Below the pieces are notes generated by a model that worked only from the letters and a program-made list of their open reading frames with translations, did not search any database and had not been told where the DNA came from. Of a stretch of DNA of 64,000 nucleotides, positions 39,968 to 49,797 are shown one piece after another. Source of the stretch: Candidatus Multivoradales bacterium. Lineage in GTDB: Bacteria; Acidobacteriota; Thermoanaerobaculia; Multivoradales; JAHEKO01. Where the stretch lies: NCBI GenBank assembly GCA_965223855.1, contig CBDCXM010000008.1:480001-544000 (forward strand). Direction: 5' to 3'. A program made the position numbers and the translations under genes. Numbering within the stretch: position 1 is the stretch's first letter; every line of letters begins with the position of its first letter.

Positions 39968-40333
39968 GGATTCAGGGCGACAAAGCCCCTTCTCTACCAG
40001 GCCTCACCCGACCATACCCCTGGCAGAGAAACGTCTTTGTCGCCCTTGACGACCCGCCAAGCTGCAGCTTCTCCCACGCCGCCGACCTCGTACCCCATCG
40101 GGAGGATGCCGGAAGGTCAGCCAGTGCGCTGTCCACGACAGCGCACTGACCTTCCGCCCTTCCACCCCCTAGCGAGGGCCTTCCGGTTCGTGCGGTCCGG
40201 GGTCGAACGTGCAAGTTCCTCTGTCAGGAGAAGCAGCAGCCCTCCGATCCATCAAGGGCGACGAAGGGGTTTCTCCGCCCGGGGTTTGGTCGGGTGAGGC
40301 CGGGCGGAGAAAGGGCTTCGTCGCCCTGAATCC
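39968..40333. repeat. Inverted pair of 82-bp hairpin units (REPIN/MITE-like element B)
   Basis: 39968-40049 is an imperfect reverse complement of 40252-40333; each unit is itself a hairpin. Confidence 0.88.
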
Positions 40334-40365
40334 TCAGGACGCGCGAACCCCCCTGAAGAAGCCCT

Positions 40366-40857
40366 CTAGTCCCGCATGTTCACGAACCGGAACTCCGGCC
40401 CGAGATCCGCTTCCTTGACCATCGCGATCACCGCCTGCAGGTCGTCCCGCTTCTTGCCCGAGATCCGCACCTGATCGCCCTGGATCGCCGCCTGGACCTT
40501 CCTCTTCATCTGCTTCACCCGCTTGGCGATCTCCTTCGCGGTCTCCGCCTCGATCCCCTTGGCCAGGGTCACCGGCTGGCGGCGCATACTGTCGGCGGCG
40601 TCCTCCGCGGTCCCGAGGGTGAGGTTCTTGATCGACACACCGCGCTTGAAGAGCTTCGACTGCAGCACGTCAAGCACCGCCGCGAGCCGGTAGTCGTCCT
40701 CGCCGAAGAGAGTGATCTCGTGGGTCCCCTTCTCCCACTCGATGCGGCTCTTCGAGCCTCGGAAGTCGTAGCGCTGGGACAGCTCCTTGCGCGCCTGGTT
40801 GACGGCATTGTCGACCTCTGCGAGGTCGGTCTCGACGACGATATCGAACGAAGGCAT
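40366..40857 (-). CDS. yajQ: YajQ nucleotide-binding protein
   Basis: MPSFDIV, NAVNQARKE..RYDFRG, KVQAAIQGDQVRISGKKRDDLQ, NMRD. Confidence 0.96.
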   Translation of the reverse strand: MPSFDIVVETDLAEVDNAVNQARKELSQRYDFRGSKSRIEWEKGTHEITLFGEDDYRLAAVLDVLQSKLFKRGVSIKNLTLGTAEDAADSMRRQPVTLAKGIEAETAKEIAKRVKQMKRKVQAAIQGDQVRISGKKRDDLQAVIAMVKEADLGPEFRFVNMRD

Positions 40858-40930
40858 GGCGACTCCCAGGGTGTTGCGAGGGTTCGTGTTGCGAGGGTTC
40901 CGGGAGGTCGGCCCGGAGCTCTTTCGATGC

Positions 40931-41806
40931 TCAGACGATCTTCTTCAGGAGGCCGATGCAGTCACGCAGATACGAGCCGCCGAAGAGATTCAGGTGGTTC
41001 AACAGATGATACAGCTTGTAGATGTCGAGCCGTTCGGCACTGCCGGGCGGAAGCGGCCACTCCTCCTCGTAGGCGCCGTAGAAGTCGGCACCGAAGCCGC
41101 CAAAGAGCCTCGTCATCGCCAGATCGGCCTCGCGATGGCCGTGATAGCAGGCGGGGTCGATCAGCACCGGCCTCCCGGCGTCGTCGCACAGCAGGTTGCC
41201 GCTCCACAGGTCACCATGGAGCAGGCAGGGCACCTCGCCCGGCACCTCGAGCCGTGACTCGAGAACGGCGAGCAGGCGGTCACCGAGCCGGTCGAGCTCG
41301 GGGGTCGAGCGCCCACGCTGGCGCGCCAGCCGGAGCTGGAAGCCGAGGCGGCGGCGGGCGAAGAACTCGGGCCAGCTGTCGAGCCAGCCGTTGGGCTGCG
41401 GGGTCGCGCCGATGAAGTTGTCTCGCTCGAAACCGCATCGCTCGCCGACGGTGCCGCGGTGCAGCCGGGCGAAGCGCCTTCCGAGATCGGCGAAGAAGCC
41501 CGGCGGCCGTGTCGATTCGGAGATCGCCTCGAGCAGGAGGTACTGCTTCCCGCCCACTTTGCCCACGCCGACGACCTCGGGTGTCCGGATCGCCGCCGCC
41601 CGCTCCAGCGCCGCGAGCCCCTCCGACTCGCGCTCGAGCAGCCCCGCCGGCTCAGGATCGTGAAGCTTGAGGAAGACGTCACGGCCGTCGGTGAGGGTGA
41701 GGAGCGTGGCGGAACTGATGCAGCCCCCCGATGCGGCGCGTGCGGACACGACACCGACGCTCGCCCCCAGGGCGTGGGAGACAGCCCGCTCGACGAGGCC
41801 GCTCAT
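40931..41806 (-). CDS. Fructosamine kinase family protein
   Basis: GGCIS, DNFIGATPQ, LLHGDLWSGN, IDPACYHGHREADLAMT; start ATG 41806. Confidence 0.93.
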   Translation of the reverse strand: MSGLVERAVSHALGASVGVVSARAASGGCISSATLLTLTDGRDVFLKLHDPEPAGLLERESEGLAALERAAAIRTPEVVGVGKVGGKQYLLLEAISESTRPPGFFADLGRRFARLHRGTVGERCGFERDNFIGATPQPNGWLDSWPEFFARRRLGFQLRLARQRGRSTPELDRLGDRLLAVLESRLEVPGEVPCLLHGDLWSGNLLCDDAGRPVLIDPACYHGHREADLAMTRLFGGFGADFYGAYEEEWPLPPGSAERLDIYKLYHLLNHLNLFGGSYLRDCIGLLKKIV

Positions 41807-41831
41807 CGGCCGCCACGCCCGGGAATGCGGC

Positions 41832-43334
41832 TCAGGGGACCGTCGACGTCCAGGCCGATGTGTCGCCGCTCTCGAAGCCGTCGTCGAAGATCTCCGGCGG
41901 CAGCGACAGCGACGCCCGCACCGACCCCCAGCCATAGGTGTTGTTGGGAGTCTGCGAATCGGGGATGCCGCCGCAGGTCTGGCCGGTCACCGTGCCGGGG
42001 ACCGCCGTGGACATCAGATGCTGTTCGATCGCGTCCGGATCGCCCGAGAAGGAAGGGTCGGCGGAGATCAGCAGCCCGACGAGCCCTGAAACGTGCGGCG
42101 CCGCCATGCTCGTGCCGCTGGAGAAGCCGTAGCCGCTGGGAGGCACCGAAGAGCGGATCGACACCCCGGGGGCCGAGACGTCCGGCTTGAGGCGCTGGCT
42201 GCCGTCGACGGTCACCGGGCCGCGCGAGGAGAAACTCGCGATCGTGTCGCTCAGGCTCACTGCGCCGACGCTGAAGGTCGCTTCGTAGATCGCCGCCGGA
42301 GTGTTGACGGTGCTGCAGCCCGGCCCGCTGTTGGCGGCCGCCTGCGAGACGACGATCCCGGCGGCTCGCAGGCTCTCCACCACCGATCTGAGGACGTTCG
42401 GATCGGTGCAACCCTCGGAAGGGGGACAGCTCCACGAGCCGTTCACCACGTCGGGAGCGAGGCCCGGATCGGGGTTGTTGCCGGCGAGATCGGTCGGGGC
42501 GAGGAAGAACTGGAAACACTCGCTGTAGGTCGTCGGTGTGCCGTTGCCCCGGTCCATGTTGCGGCAGCCGATCCACCTCGCTCCGGGCGCCACGCCGATC
42601 TTGTTGCTGCCGCCGTCGTCACCGACCATCGTTCCCATCGTGTGCGTGCCGTGGGAACCGTCGTCGCATGGCTGCGTCGAGTCGAATCCGCAAGACCCGC
42701 CGCCCGAGTGGATCGCGTCGTGCCAGTTGTAGTCGTGCACCGCCGCCGAGCCGTCCCAGCCGCGATACTGATCGCGCAACGCCGGGTGGTCCCAGTCGTA
42801 GCCGGTATCGGCACCGGCGATCACCGTCCCCTGACCGGTGAACCCCTGAGCCCAGAAGTCGGTCGCGCCGACGTGCGCGAGACTCGGTTCGGCGCCGAGC
42901 ACAGCCGCCGAGTCAGCCGCAGTCACCTTGGGGGCGACGAACCGCACCGACGGGTTGGCGTGGATCCGCGCGACGTCTCCGCGGCCGGCGAGGCCGACCA
43001 GTGCCTCCTCGCCGCCCCGCACCCAGATCATGTTCGCGATCCAGTACGGCCGGTGCTCGAGGCCACGGGACTCGAGCTCCTCCAGCAACGGCCCCTGCGT
43101 GGCGCGGGCGATCGAGGTGAGGCGCTCGAAGACGAAGCGCCCCTTCTCCGCCTTGGTCCCGAGGGTGCGCGCGGCCGACAGGTCCGCCTGACGCTCGAGA
43201 ACGACGAGGAACTCGGTCTCTCCCGAGAGCGCGACCTGATCGAGGACCCAGGGATCGACTTTCGTCTCCCAGTCGCTGGCGGTCAGGGGAGAGACGGTTG
43301 CGACGACGACGAGAAAGGCACTGAGGACTCGCAT
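41832..43334 (-). CDS. Secreted S8 subtilisin-like serine protease with DGFESGD C-terminal tail
   Basis: DTG, HGTHTMGT, GTSMAAPHV catalytic triad; signal peptide; ends IFDDGFESGDTSAWTSTVP. Confidence 0.95.
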   Translation of the reverse strand: MRVLSAFLVVVATVSPLTASDWETKVDPWVLDQVALSGETEFLVVLERQADLSAARTLGTKAEKGRFVFERLTSIARATQGPLLEELESRGLEHRPYWIANMIWVRGGEEALVGLAGRGDVARIHANPSVRFVAPKVTAADSAAVLGAEPSLAHVGATDFWAQGFTGQGTVIAGADTGYDWDHPALRDQYRGWDGSAAVHDYNWHDAIHSGGGSCGFDSTQPCDDGSHGTHTMGTMVGDDGGSNKIGVAPGARWIGCRNMDRGNGTPTTYSECFQFFLAPTDLAGNNPDPGLAPDVVNGSWSCPPSEGCTDPNVLRSVVESLRAAGIVVSQAAANSGPGCSTVNTPAAIYEATFSVGAVSLSDTIASFSSRGPVTVDGSQRLKPDVSAPGVSIRSSVPPSGYGFSSGTSMAAPHVSGLVGLLISADPSFSGDPDAIEQHLMSTAVPGTVTGQTCGGIPDSQTPNNTYGWGSVRASLSLPPEIFDDGFESGDTSAWTSTVP

Positions 43335-43359
43335 GGCGGGCATTCTAGGCTACGAGCCT

Positions 43360-43821
43360 TCAGGCGACGAGGCGATCGAGCAGTTCGGGGCACCCCTGCT
43401 CGAGAAGGTCGAGGACGTTGTCGAATCCCTCCGGTCCGCCGTAGTAGGGATCGGGCACGTCGGTCGGGTTGCCGGACGGCAGGAAGTCGCTGAAGAGTGC
43501 CAATCGGGCTCGTCCGCCGCGACGCATGGACTCGAGATCGCGCAGGTTGTCGCGGTCCATGGCGACGATGAGGTCGAACGACTCGAAGTCCTCCACGACC
43601 ACCGGGCGCGCCTGCCCGTCGACCTCGACGCCACGGGCGGCGGCGGCCCGGCGCATCCGGGCGTCGGGACCCTCGCCCGAGTGGTAGGCGATGGTGCCGG
43701 CCGAATCTGCCTCGACCGCCTCGCCGACGCCGCGCTCGAACGCCTGTCGAACGAAGACCGCCTCGGCCGCCGGAGAGCGGCAGATGTTGCCCATGCAGAC
43801 GAACAGGACTCGCTTGGTCAT
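43360..43821 (-). CDS. Low-molecular-weight protein tyrosine phosphatase
   Basis: VLFVCMGNICRSP, DSAGT, DVPDPYYG. Confidence 0.95.
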   Translation of the reverse strand: MTKRVLFVCMGNICRSPAAEAVFVRQAFERGVGEAVEADSAGTIAYHSGEGPDARMRRAAAARGVEVDGQARPVVVEDFESFDLIVAMDRDNLRDLESMRRGGRARLALFSDFLPSGNPTDVPDPYYGGPEGFDNVLDLLEQGCPELLDRLVA

Positions 43822-43859
43822 CGCCTGACTCACTTCTCGAGTCACTCCGGCTCCTCGAG

Positions 43860-46800
43860 TCACTCCGGCCGCCACTGCGGAATGCGGCCCGGAGTCCAGG
43901 GCGCCCCGGCAAGCTCCATCTCCGCCTCCAGGCTCGAGAGATCGGCCTCGAGTGCGCCCAGCTCACCGAGAGCCTCGGCGAACGCGTCGGAGGCGATCTC
44001 GTACTGCCGGCGATGGGTCCCTGTCGGTGGAGCGGTCGTCGCCCACTGGCCGGTGATACGACCCGCGCGGCTGGCGATCGAAGGCGAGGTCGGCTCGCTG
44101 CGCCGCGCCACGGTTCGGTCTCCCGTGAGCTCGACCCGAAGGTCGGCGAGGCGCTCGGTCAGCGCGTCGAGACGATCGGCCCAGGCCGGATCGCCGTCGG
44201 CGGTGTCGAGCGCGGCGCGGCGCAGATGGCTCAGCCGACCGTCCATCTCGCCGGCCACCGAGACCGCGCCGTCGATCGCCCGGTTCAATTCGGCCGCCTT
44301 GCGATGGAAAGCCAGCGTCTCGGCCGGGTCGCCGGGGTCGAGCGTCGAGCGACCCAGCGCTTCGACGTCGAACTCGACCGGGCCCGCCAACTCGGTCCAC
44401 TCGCCCCGAACCCGCTTCGACAGACTCACCGAGTAGGTGCCGGGCACCACCAGCGGCCCCATCGGATCGCTCGAGAACGCGTGCCTCGGAGGCGGGCTCA
44501 GCTCCACCGCGTCCGGTGGCGGGAAGCGCAGATCCCAGGTCACCCGATGGAGACCGGCCGAAGTCGGTCCCGTGAAGCGACGCACCACGCTGCCGTCGCC
44601 GTCCCGCACCGTCAGCACGATCGCGGGCTCCTGCTCACGGTCTTCGCGGCGCAGCGCCTCCCAGCTCGGGTAGCGCACCGACTCGCCGGCCTCCTCTACC
44701 TCCTCCTCGGCCTTCTGGCGATCCTCCTCGAGGGTCGTGAGCCCCTCATCGAGGTAGTAGCTCACCGTGGCGCCGATCGGCGGATTCGGGGTGGTGTAGA
44801 ACGCGTCCCCCTGGAACGCCTTATCGTTGTAGCCGAGTTCGAAGCTCTGGACGAAGAGCTTGCTCGTGCGCGGCGCAAAGAGTAGCGACTCGGCAGCGAG
44901 AGTCTCCTCGGTCAGGCCGCGCAGCGGTGAGTAGTCGTCGAGCACCCAGAAACCGCGGCCGAAGGTGCCGAGCACGAGATCGTTCTCGCGGCGCTGGAGG
45001 TCGAGATCGCGGACCGCAATCGTCGGCACGCCGCCTGTGAGCTGCACCCAGGAGCTCCCCTCGTCGGGCGTGAAGAAGACGCCGAACTCGGTGCCGGCGA
45101 AGAGGAGCGACGCCTGCTCGTGGTCCTGATCGACCACGTAGACGCTGCCTCGCTCGGGCAGGTCGGAGCCGATGGACGTCCACGTCCGGCCGCGGTCGTC
45201 GCTCTTGTAGAGGTAGGGCCGGAAGTCGCCGTCCTTGTGGGCGTCGAACGCCGCATAGACGGTGTCGGCATCGTGGAGCGACGCCGTTAGGTCCGCGACA
45301 TAGGTCCAGTCGGGCACACCGCGAACGCCGTCGACGGTGCGCCAGGTCGCGCCGCCGTCCTCGGTGACCTGAATCAACCCGTCGTCGGTCCCGACGTAGA
45401 TCAGCCCCTCGACCAGCGGCGACTCGTCGATCGAGACGATGTTGCCGAAGTAGGACGTCGAACGGTTCTTCGCAACGGTATCGATCGACCACACCTTCCC
45501 CATCACCTCGAGCTCGTTGCGATCGACCTGACGGGTGAGATCCTCGGAGATCGGCGTCCAGTTCTCGCCTCGATCGTCGCTCCGGTAGAGCCGCTGCGAG
45601 GCGAAGTAGAGCCGCTCGTTCGAATGCGGACTGATGAGGAGCGCCGAATCCCAGTTCCAGCGCGAAGGATCCTCCCCCGGCTCGGGCTGCGGCTGGATGT
45701 CGATCAGCTCACGGGTCCGCCGGTCGTAGCGCACCAGGCCGCCGTGCTGCCACTGCGCGTAGACGAGATCGGGGTTCTCCGGATCGACCTGCGGCTCGAA
45801 GCCGTCGCCGCCCACGACGACGAACCAGTCGCGGTTCATGATGCCGTGGGTCGACGTGGTGCGGCTCGGGCCGCCGAGGGTCGAGTTGTCCTGAGTGCCG
45901 CCGTAGACGTTGTAGAACGGCGTGTCGTTGTCGACCGTCAGTTTGTAGAACTGCGTGATCGGCAGATTGGCCTTGAAGCTCCAGGTAGCACCGCGGTCGA
46001 AGCTCTCGTAGACGCCGCCGTCACAGCCGGCAACGAGATGATCCGCATCCTCGGGATCGATCCACAGGGCGTGGTTGTCGACGTGCTTGGCGGTCTCGGG
46101 CACCTGGGAGAAGGAGGCGCCACCATCCTCGGTGACGTGCAGCCAGGTGTCGTTCGAGTAGACCCGATCGACGTCGTGAGGGTCTGGAATGATCTCGTTG
46201 TAGTACTGCGGCGAACCGGAGACGTAGTCGCTGCGCCGCTCCCACCTCGCCCCGGCGTTGGTGGTGCGGTAGAAGCCGCCGGCGTCGCCGATCGACTCGA
46301 TGATCGCGTAGACCACCCTGGAGTCGACCGGCGAGACGGCGAGACCGATCTTGCCCATGTCTTCGGTCGGCAATCCGGCAGTCAGCTTGTTCCACGACTC
46401 GCCGGCGTCGGTCGACTTGTAGATCGCCGACTCCGGACCGCCATCGATGAGGGTCCAGGTGCGGCGACGCCGCTGGTAGGAGGAGGCATAGAGCACGTCC
46501 GGGTCCGACGGGTCCATCCAGACCTCGTTGACGCCGGTGTGCTCGCTGATCTCGAGCACGTTCTCCCAGGTCTCTCCACGATCGGTCGTCTTGTAGAGGC
46601 CGCGGTCCCCTCCAGCGCGCCACAGCGGCCCCTGCGCGGCGACGTAGACAACCCTCGAGTCGCGAGGATCGACGACGATACGACCGATGTGCTCCGATTC
46701 GCCGAGCCCCACATTGGTCCACGTCGAGCCGCCGTCCCGCGAAAGGTAGACGCCGTCACCGTAGGAGACGCTGCGCTGGGAGTTGTTCTCGCCGCTGCCG

Positions 46801-47138
46801 ACCCAGATCGTGTCGGGATCGTTGGGATCGAGAGTGATGCAGCCGACCGAGTACGACGCCTCGTTGTCGAAGATCGGCGTCCAGGTCGTGCCTGCATTCA
46901 CGGTCTTCCACACGCCGCCGGAGGCGATCGCCGCGTACCAGACGTTGTGATTGCGGGGATCGACCGCCAGGTCGCTCACCCGCCCCGATGCGATCGCCGG
47001 GCCGAGCTCGCGGAAGGCGAGGCCGGAAAGCGTGCCGCTCGTCAGCTTCGGATCGTCCTCCGCGGCGGCGAGCGGCAGGACTGCAAGGATCGAAAGCGCG
47101 AGCCATCGCGCGGGCGTCACCAAAGTTCTGGTCACCAT
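43860..47138 (-). CDS. Secreted VPS10/BNR-repeat beta-propeller protein (second paralogue)
   Basis: Signal peptide; FRELGPAIASGRV; Asp-box repeats; same architecture as 7871-11062. Confidence 0.9.
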   Translation of the reverse strand: MVTRTLVTPARWLALSILAVLPLAAAEDDPKLTSGTLSGLAFRELGPAIASGRVSDLAVDPRNHNVWYAAIASGGVWKTVNAGTTWTPIFDNEASYSVGCITLDPNDPDTIWVGSGENNSQRSVSYGDGVYLSRDGGSTWTNVGLGESEHIGRIVVDPRDSRVVYVAAQGPLWRAGGDRGLYKTTDRGETWENVLEISEHTGVNEVWMDPSDPDVLYASSYQRRRRTWTLIDGGPESAIYKSTDAGESWNKLTAGLPTEDMGKIGLAVSPVDSRVVYAIIESIGDAGGFYRTTNAGARWERRSDYVSGSPQYYNEIIPDPHDVDRVYSNDTWLHVTEDGGASFSQVPETAKHVDNHALWIDPEDADHLVAGCDGGVYESFDRGATWSFKANLPITQFYKLTVDNDTPFYNVYGGTQDNSTLGGPSRTTSTHGIMNRDWFVVVGGDGFEPQVDPENPDLVYAQWQHGGLVRYDRRTRELIDIQPQPEPGEDPSRWNWDSALLISPHSNERLYFASQRLYRSDDRGENWTPISEDLTRQVDRNELEVMGKVWSIDTVAKNRSTSYFGNIVSIDESPLVEGLIYVGTDDGLIQVTEDGGATWRTVDGVRGVPDWTYVADLTASLHDADTVYAAFDAHKDGDFRPYLYKSDDRGRTWTSIGSDLPERGSVYVVDQDHEQASLLFAGTEFGVFFTPDEGSSWVQLTGGVPTIAVRDLDLQRRENDLVLGTFGRGFWVLDDYSPLRGLTEETLAAESLLFAPRTSKLFVQSFELGYNDKAFQGDAFYTTPNPPIGATVSYYLDEGLTTLEEDRQKAEEEVEEAGESVRYPSWEALRREDREQEPAIVLTVRDGDGSVVRRFTGPTSAGLHRVTWDLRFPPPDAVELSPPPRHAFSSDPMGPLVVPGTYSVSLSKRVRGEWTELAGPVEFDVEALGRSTLDPGDPAETLAFHRKAAELNRAIDGAVSVAGEMDGRLSHLRRAALDTADGDPAWADRLDALTERLADLRVELTGDRTVARRSEPTSPSIASRAGRITGQWATTAPPTGTHRRQYEIASDAFAEALGELGALEADLSSLEAEMELAGAPWTPGRIPQWRPE

Positions 47139-47245
47139 GTCGGGCCTCCTGGAGTTCCGTCCTGCGGAACCGCCACTCTACCTGCCGTCGTGGCCTCGCT
47201 CCACTGCCATGGGCCTGCCACACGGTGATAGCTACAATGCGCCAC

Positions 47246-48664
47246 GTGTCGAGACGAATGACGAAGATCATCGCCACCCTCGGGCCGGCGAGCGAAGACC
47301 GGGAGACCATCGAAGCGCTGATCGCGGCCGGCATGGACGTCGCGCGACTCAACTTCTCCCACGGTGATCACGACTGGCATCGCAGGACCGCCCGCAGAGT
47401 GCGCGAGGCGGCCGACGCGGCGGGCCGCCCGGTAGCTCTGCTGCAGGACATCCAGGGGCCGAAGATCCGCGTCGGCACCTTCGCAGGCGGCAAGGTGAAG
47501 CTCGAAGCCGGCTCCCAGGTCGTGCTGCGACCGGGCTCCGGAGAGGCCGGCGAGGGCGAAGTCCTCGTCGACTACGATGCGCTGCTTGATGACCTCGCTC
47601 CCGGGCAACAGGTCCTGATCTCGGACGGTCGCGTGCGGTTGCGCATCGACGAAGTCGCACCGAGCGGGCTGACGGCCGTCGTGCTCGAGGGCGGTGTCGT
47701 CAAGGACCGCAAGGGCGCCGCCTTCCCCGGCGCGGCTTTGAGGGTGGAGGCGGTGACCGACAAGGACCGCGAGGACCTCGCGTTCGGCCGTGAGCTCGAC
47801 GTCGACTATGTGGCCGCTTCGTTCGTCCGCTCGGCCCGGGACATTCGCAAGGTGGCCGCCCTGGCCGGCGAGGAGGTCCCGATCATCGCCAAAGTCGAAC
47901 TCGCCGCCGCCTACGAGAACCTGAGGGACGTCCTCCAGGCCTCCCACGGGGCGATGGTGGCGCGCGGCGACCTCGGGGTGGAGATGGAGCTCGAACGGCT
48001 CCCTCGGGTGCAGGAAGAGATCCTGACCAGCACCAACCGCTGCGGGGATATTTCGATCACGGCGACCGAGATGCTCGAGTCGATGACCACCGAATGGCGG
48101 CCAACCCGTGCGGAGGTGACGGACGTGGCCAGTGCAGTGCTGGCCGGCACTGATGCCGTGATGCTCTCGGGCGAGACGGCGGTCGGTCGCCACCCGGCGC
48201 GGGTCGTCCAGACGATGGATCGCATCTGTCGAGAAGTCGAGAGCGGCCCGCGACACCGGCAGGCGCGCAAGGCCGGCTTCCTGGAAGACGAGGCGCTGGT
48301 CCCGTCCGCCACCTCGCGGGCGGCGGTCGAGGCGGCGGTCGATCTCGATCTCGAGACCATCATCGCCTTCACCGAGTCGGGCTCGACGGCGCGGCTACTG
48401 TCGAAGTACAGGCCGGGCGCGAGAGTCGTCGCCTTCACCCCGGAGCCGAGCACCTACCGCCGCATGGCCCTCTACTGGGGGGTCGAAGCGCGACTGTTCG
48501 AGCGCTTCGACTCGACCGACGACATGCTGCAGATGGCGGAGCGCCAGCTCGTGGCCGAAGGAGTCTGCTCGCCGGGGGAGACGGTCGTCATGGTGGCGGG
48601 CATCCCGCCAAACCAGAAGGCGTCGACCAACTTCATGAAGCTGCACGAGATCGCCTCCGACTGA
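47246..48664 (+). CDS. pyk: Pyruvate kinase
   Basis: TKIIATLGP, RLNFSHG, DIQGPKIR, MVARGDLGVE, ATEMLESM, DAVMLSGETA; GTG start at 47246. Confidence 0.96.
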   Translation: MSRRMTKIIATLGPASEDRETIEALIAAGMDVARLNFSHGDHDWHRRTARRVREAADAAGRPVALLQDIQGPKIRVGTFAGGKVKLEAGSQVVLRPGSGEAGEGEVLVDYDALLDDLAPGQQVLISDGRVRLRIDEVAPSGLTAVVLEGGVVKDRKGAAFPGAALRVEAVTDKDREDLAFGRELDVDYVAASFVRSARDIRKVAALAGEEVPIIAKVELAAAYENLRDVLQASHGAMVARGDLGVEMELERLPRVQEEILTSTNRCGDISITATEMLESMTTEWRPTRAEVTDVASAVLAGTDAVMLSGETAVGRHPARVVQTMDRICREVESGPRHRQARKAGFLEDEALVPSATSRAAVEAAVDLDLETIIAFTESGSTARLLSKYRPGARVVAFTPEPSTYRRMALYWGVEARLFERFDSTDDMLQMAERQLVAEGVCSPGETVVMVAGIPPNQKASTNFMKLHEIASD

Positions 48665-48700
48665 AGCCAGGTCGGCGATACCCTCCTCTACACGGGCAGC

Positions 48701-49501
48701 TCAGGCGCGCGGGAACGACAGCCGCGAAGTCGCTTCGAAGCCGGCGGCCTCACCGCGCCACTCGATCGTCTCCAGGCGCAGCTCGTCGTCGTCGACCTCG
48801 ATCCAGAAGCCGGTGTTGCGACGATGCTCACAGCCTCGCCCCCGGCTCGAGGTCGTCGTGCCGGAGTGGGCAAGGATCATTCGCGGGCCGACGCCGGGAT
48901 AGTAGGCCTCGGCCCGCGTCGCGTAGGCCTGATGAAGATGACCGGAGAGCACCAGCTCCACCCCGGCGGCGGCGAGCGATCTGGCAAGGAGGCCGGCGTT
49001 GGCCAGCACTTTCTGTGTGCCGAAGCGCTGAGCCGGCGCCAGCTCGTGGTGAACGACGCAGACCTTGATCCGCCCGGCCGGCGCCGCCTCGAACTGCTGC
49101 ACTGCGCGGCGTATCCGCTCACCGCCGACCCGACCGTCCTTGATGGTCCAGTTCCATGCGCTGTTGAGTCCGACGACGAACAGCTCGCCGTCGTCGAGGC
49201 TCGGCTCGAGCTCGGGTGAGAAGTGCTTGCGGTAGGCACCGAACGGGGCGAGAGCACGCTCCCAGACCCGGTACATCGGCACGTCGTGATTGCCCGGTAC
49301 CGCGAGCGTCGGCACCGGCATCGAGTCGATCCACGCACGCGCCTCGCGGAACTGCACCGGCTTCGCGCGCTGGGTGAGGTCGCCGGCCACGACGAGGAGA
49401 TCAGGTCCCCTCTCGGCCGCCAAGCCGACGAGCGCGGAAGAGACTTCGGGTCTGTGAGGAGGCCCGAAATGCACGTCCGAGACGTGAAGGATCTTCCTCA
49501 A
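48701..49501 (-). CDS. Metallophosphoesterase (CpdA-like)
   Basis: HVSDVHFG, GDLTQ, PGNHD, HH, SGHLH. Confidence 0.92.
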   Translation of the reverse strand: MRKILHVSDVHFGPPHRPEVSSALVGLAAERGPDLLVVAGDLTQRAKPVQFREARAWIDSMPVPTLAVPGNHDVPMYRVWERALAPFGAYRKHFSPELEPSLDDGELFVVGLNSAWNWTIKDGRVGGERIRRAVQQFEAAPAGRIKVCVVHHELAPAQRFGTQKVLANAGLLARSLAAAGVELVLSGHLHQAYATRAEAYYPGVGPRMILAHSGTTTSSRGRGCEHRRNTGFWIEVDDDELRLETIEWRGEAAGFEATSRLSFPRA

Positions 49502-49556
49502 GGGAGCCGCCTGAGCTGGTCCGAAGCGCTCGCGCTCGCGTCGGGCTCGTCTCGCC

Positions 49557-49781
49557 TCAGCGCGAGGAACCGAGCAACGAATCGACGTTGTCCGACAGCG
49601 CCTCGGCGGCCCGGTCGCCGGCCGAACTCAGGAGCTCGGCGCCGCGGTCCCGACCGAGCAGATAGCCCGCGAAAGCCGCCAGAGCAAGCGATGGAATCGG
49701 ATACCGCCGCACCCAATCGCGCCAGTCGAGGCCCTCGGGAGCGAGCTCATCGACCAGCGTGTCGGCCGCCCAATCGCCCAC
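49557..49781 (-). CDS. Small hypothetical membrane protein
   Basis: WVRRYPIPSLALAAFAGYLLGR resembles a DUF883-type tail; coupled to its neighbour. Confidence 0.6.
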   Translation of the reverse strand: MGDWAADTLVDELAPEGLDWRDWVRRYPIPSLALAAFAGYLLGRDRGAELLSSAGDRAAEALSDNVDSLLGSSR

Positions 49782-49797
49782 GTCGTGCCCGCTCCCC

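Noticed and set aside
20926-40333. CRISPR array or integron
   Set aside because: Repeats are long, dispersed and not regularly spaced; there are no cas or intI genes, and I could not place canonical attC R-box ends.
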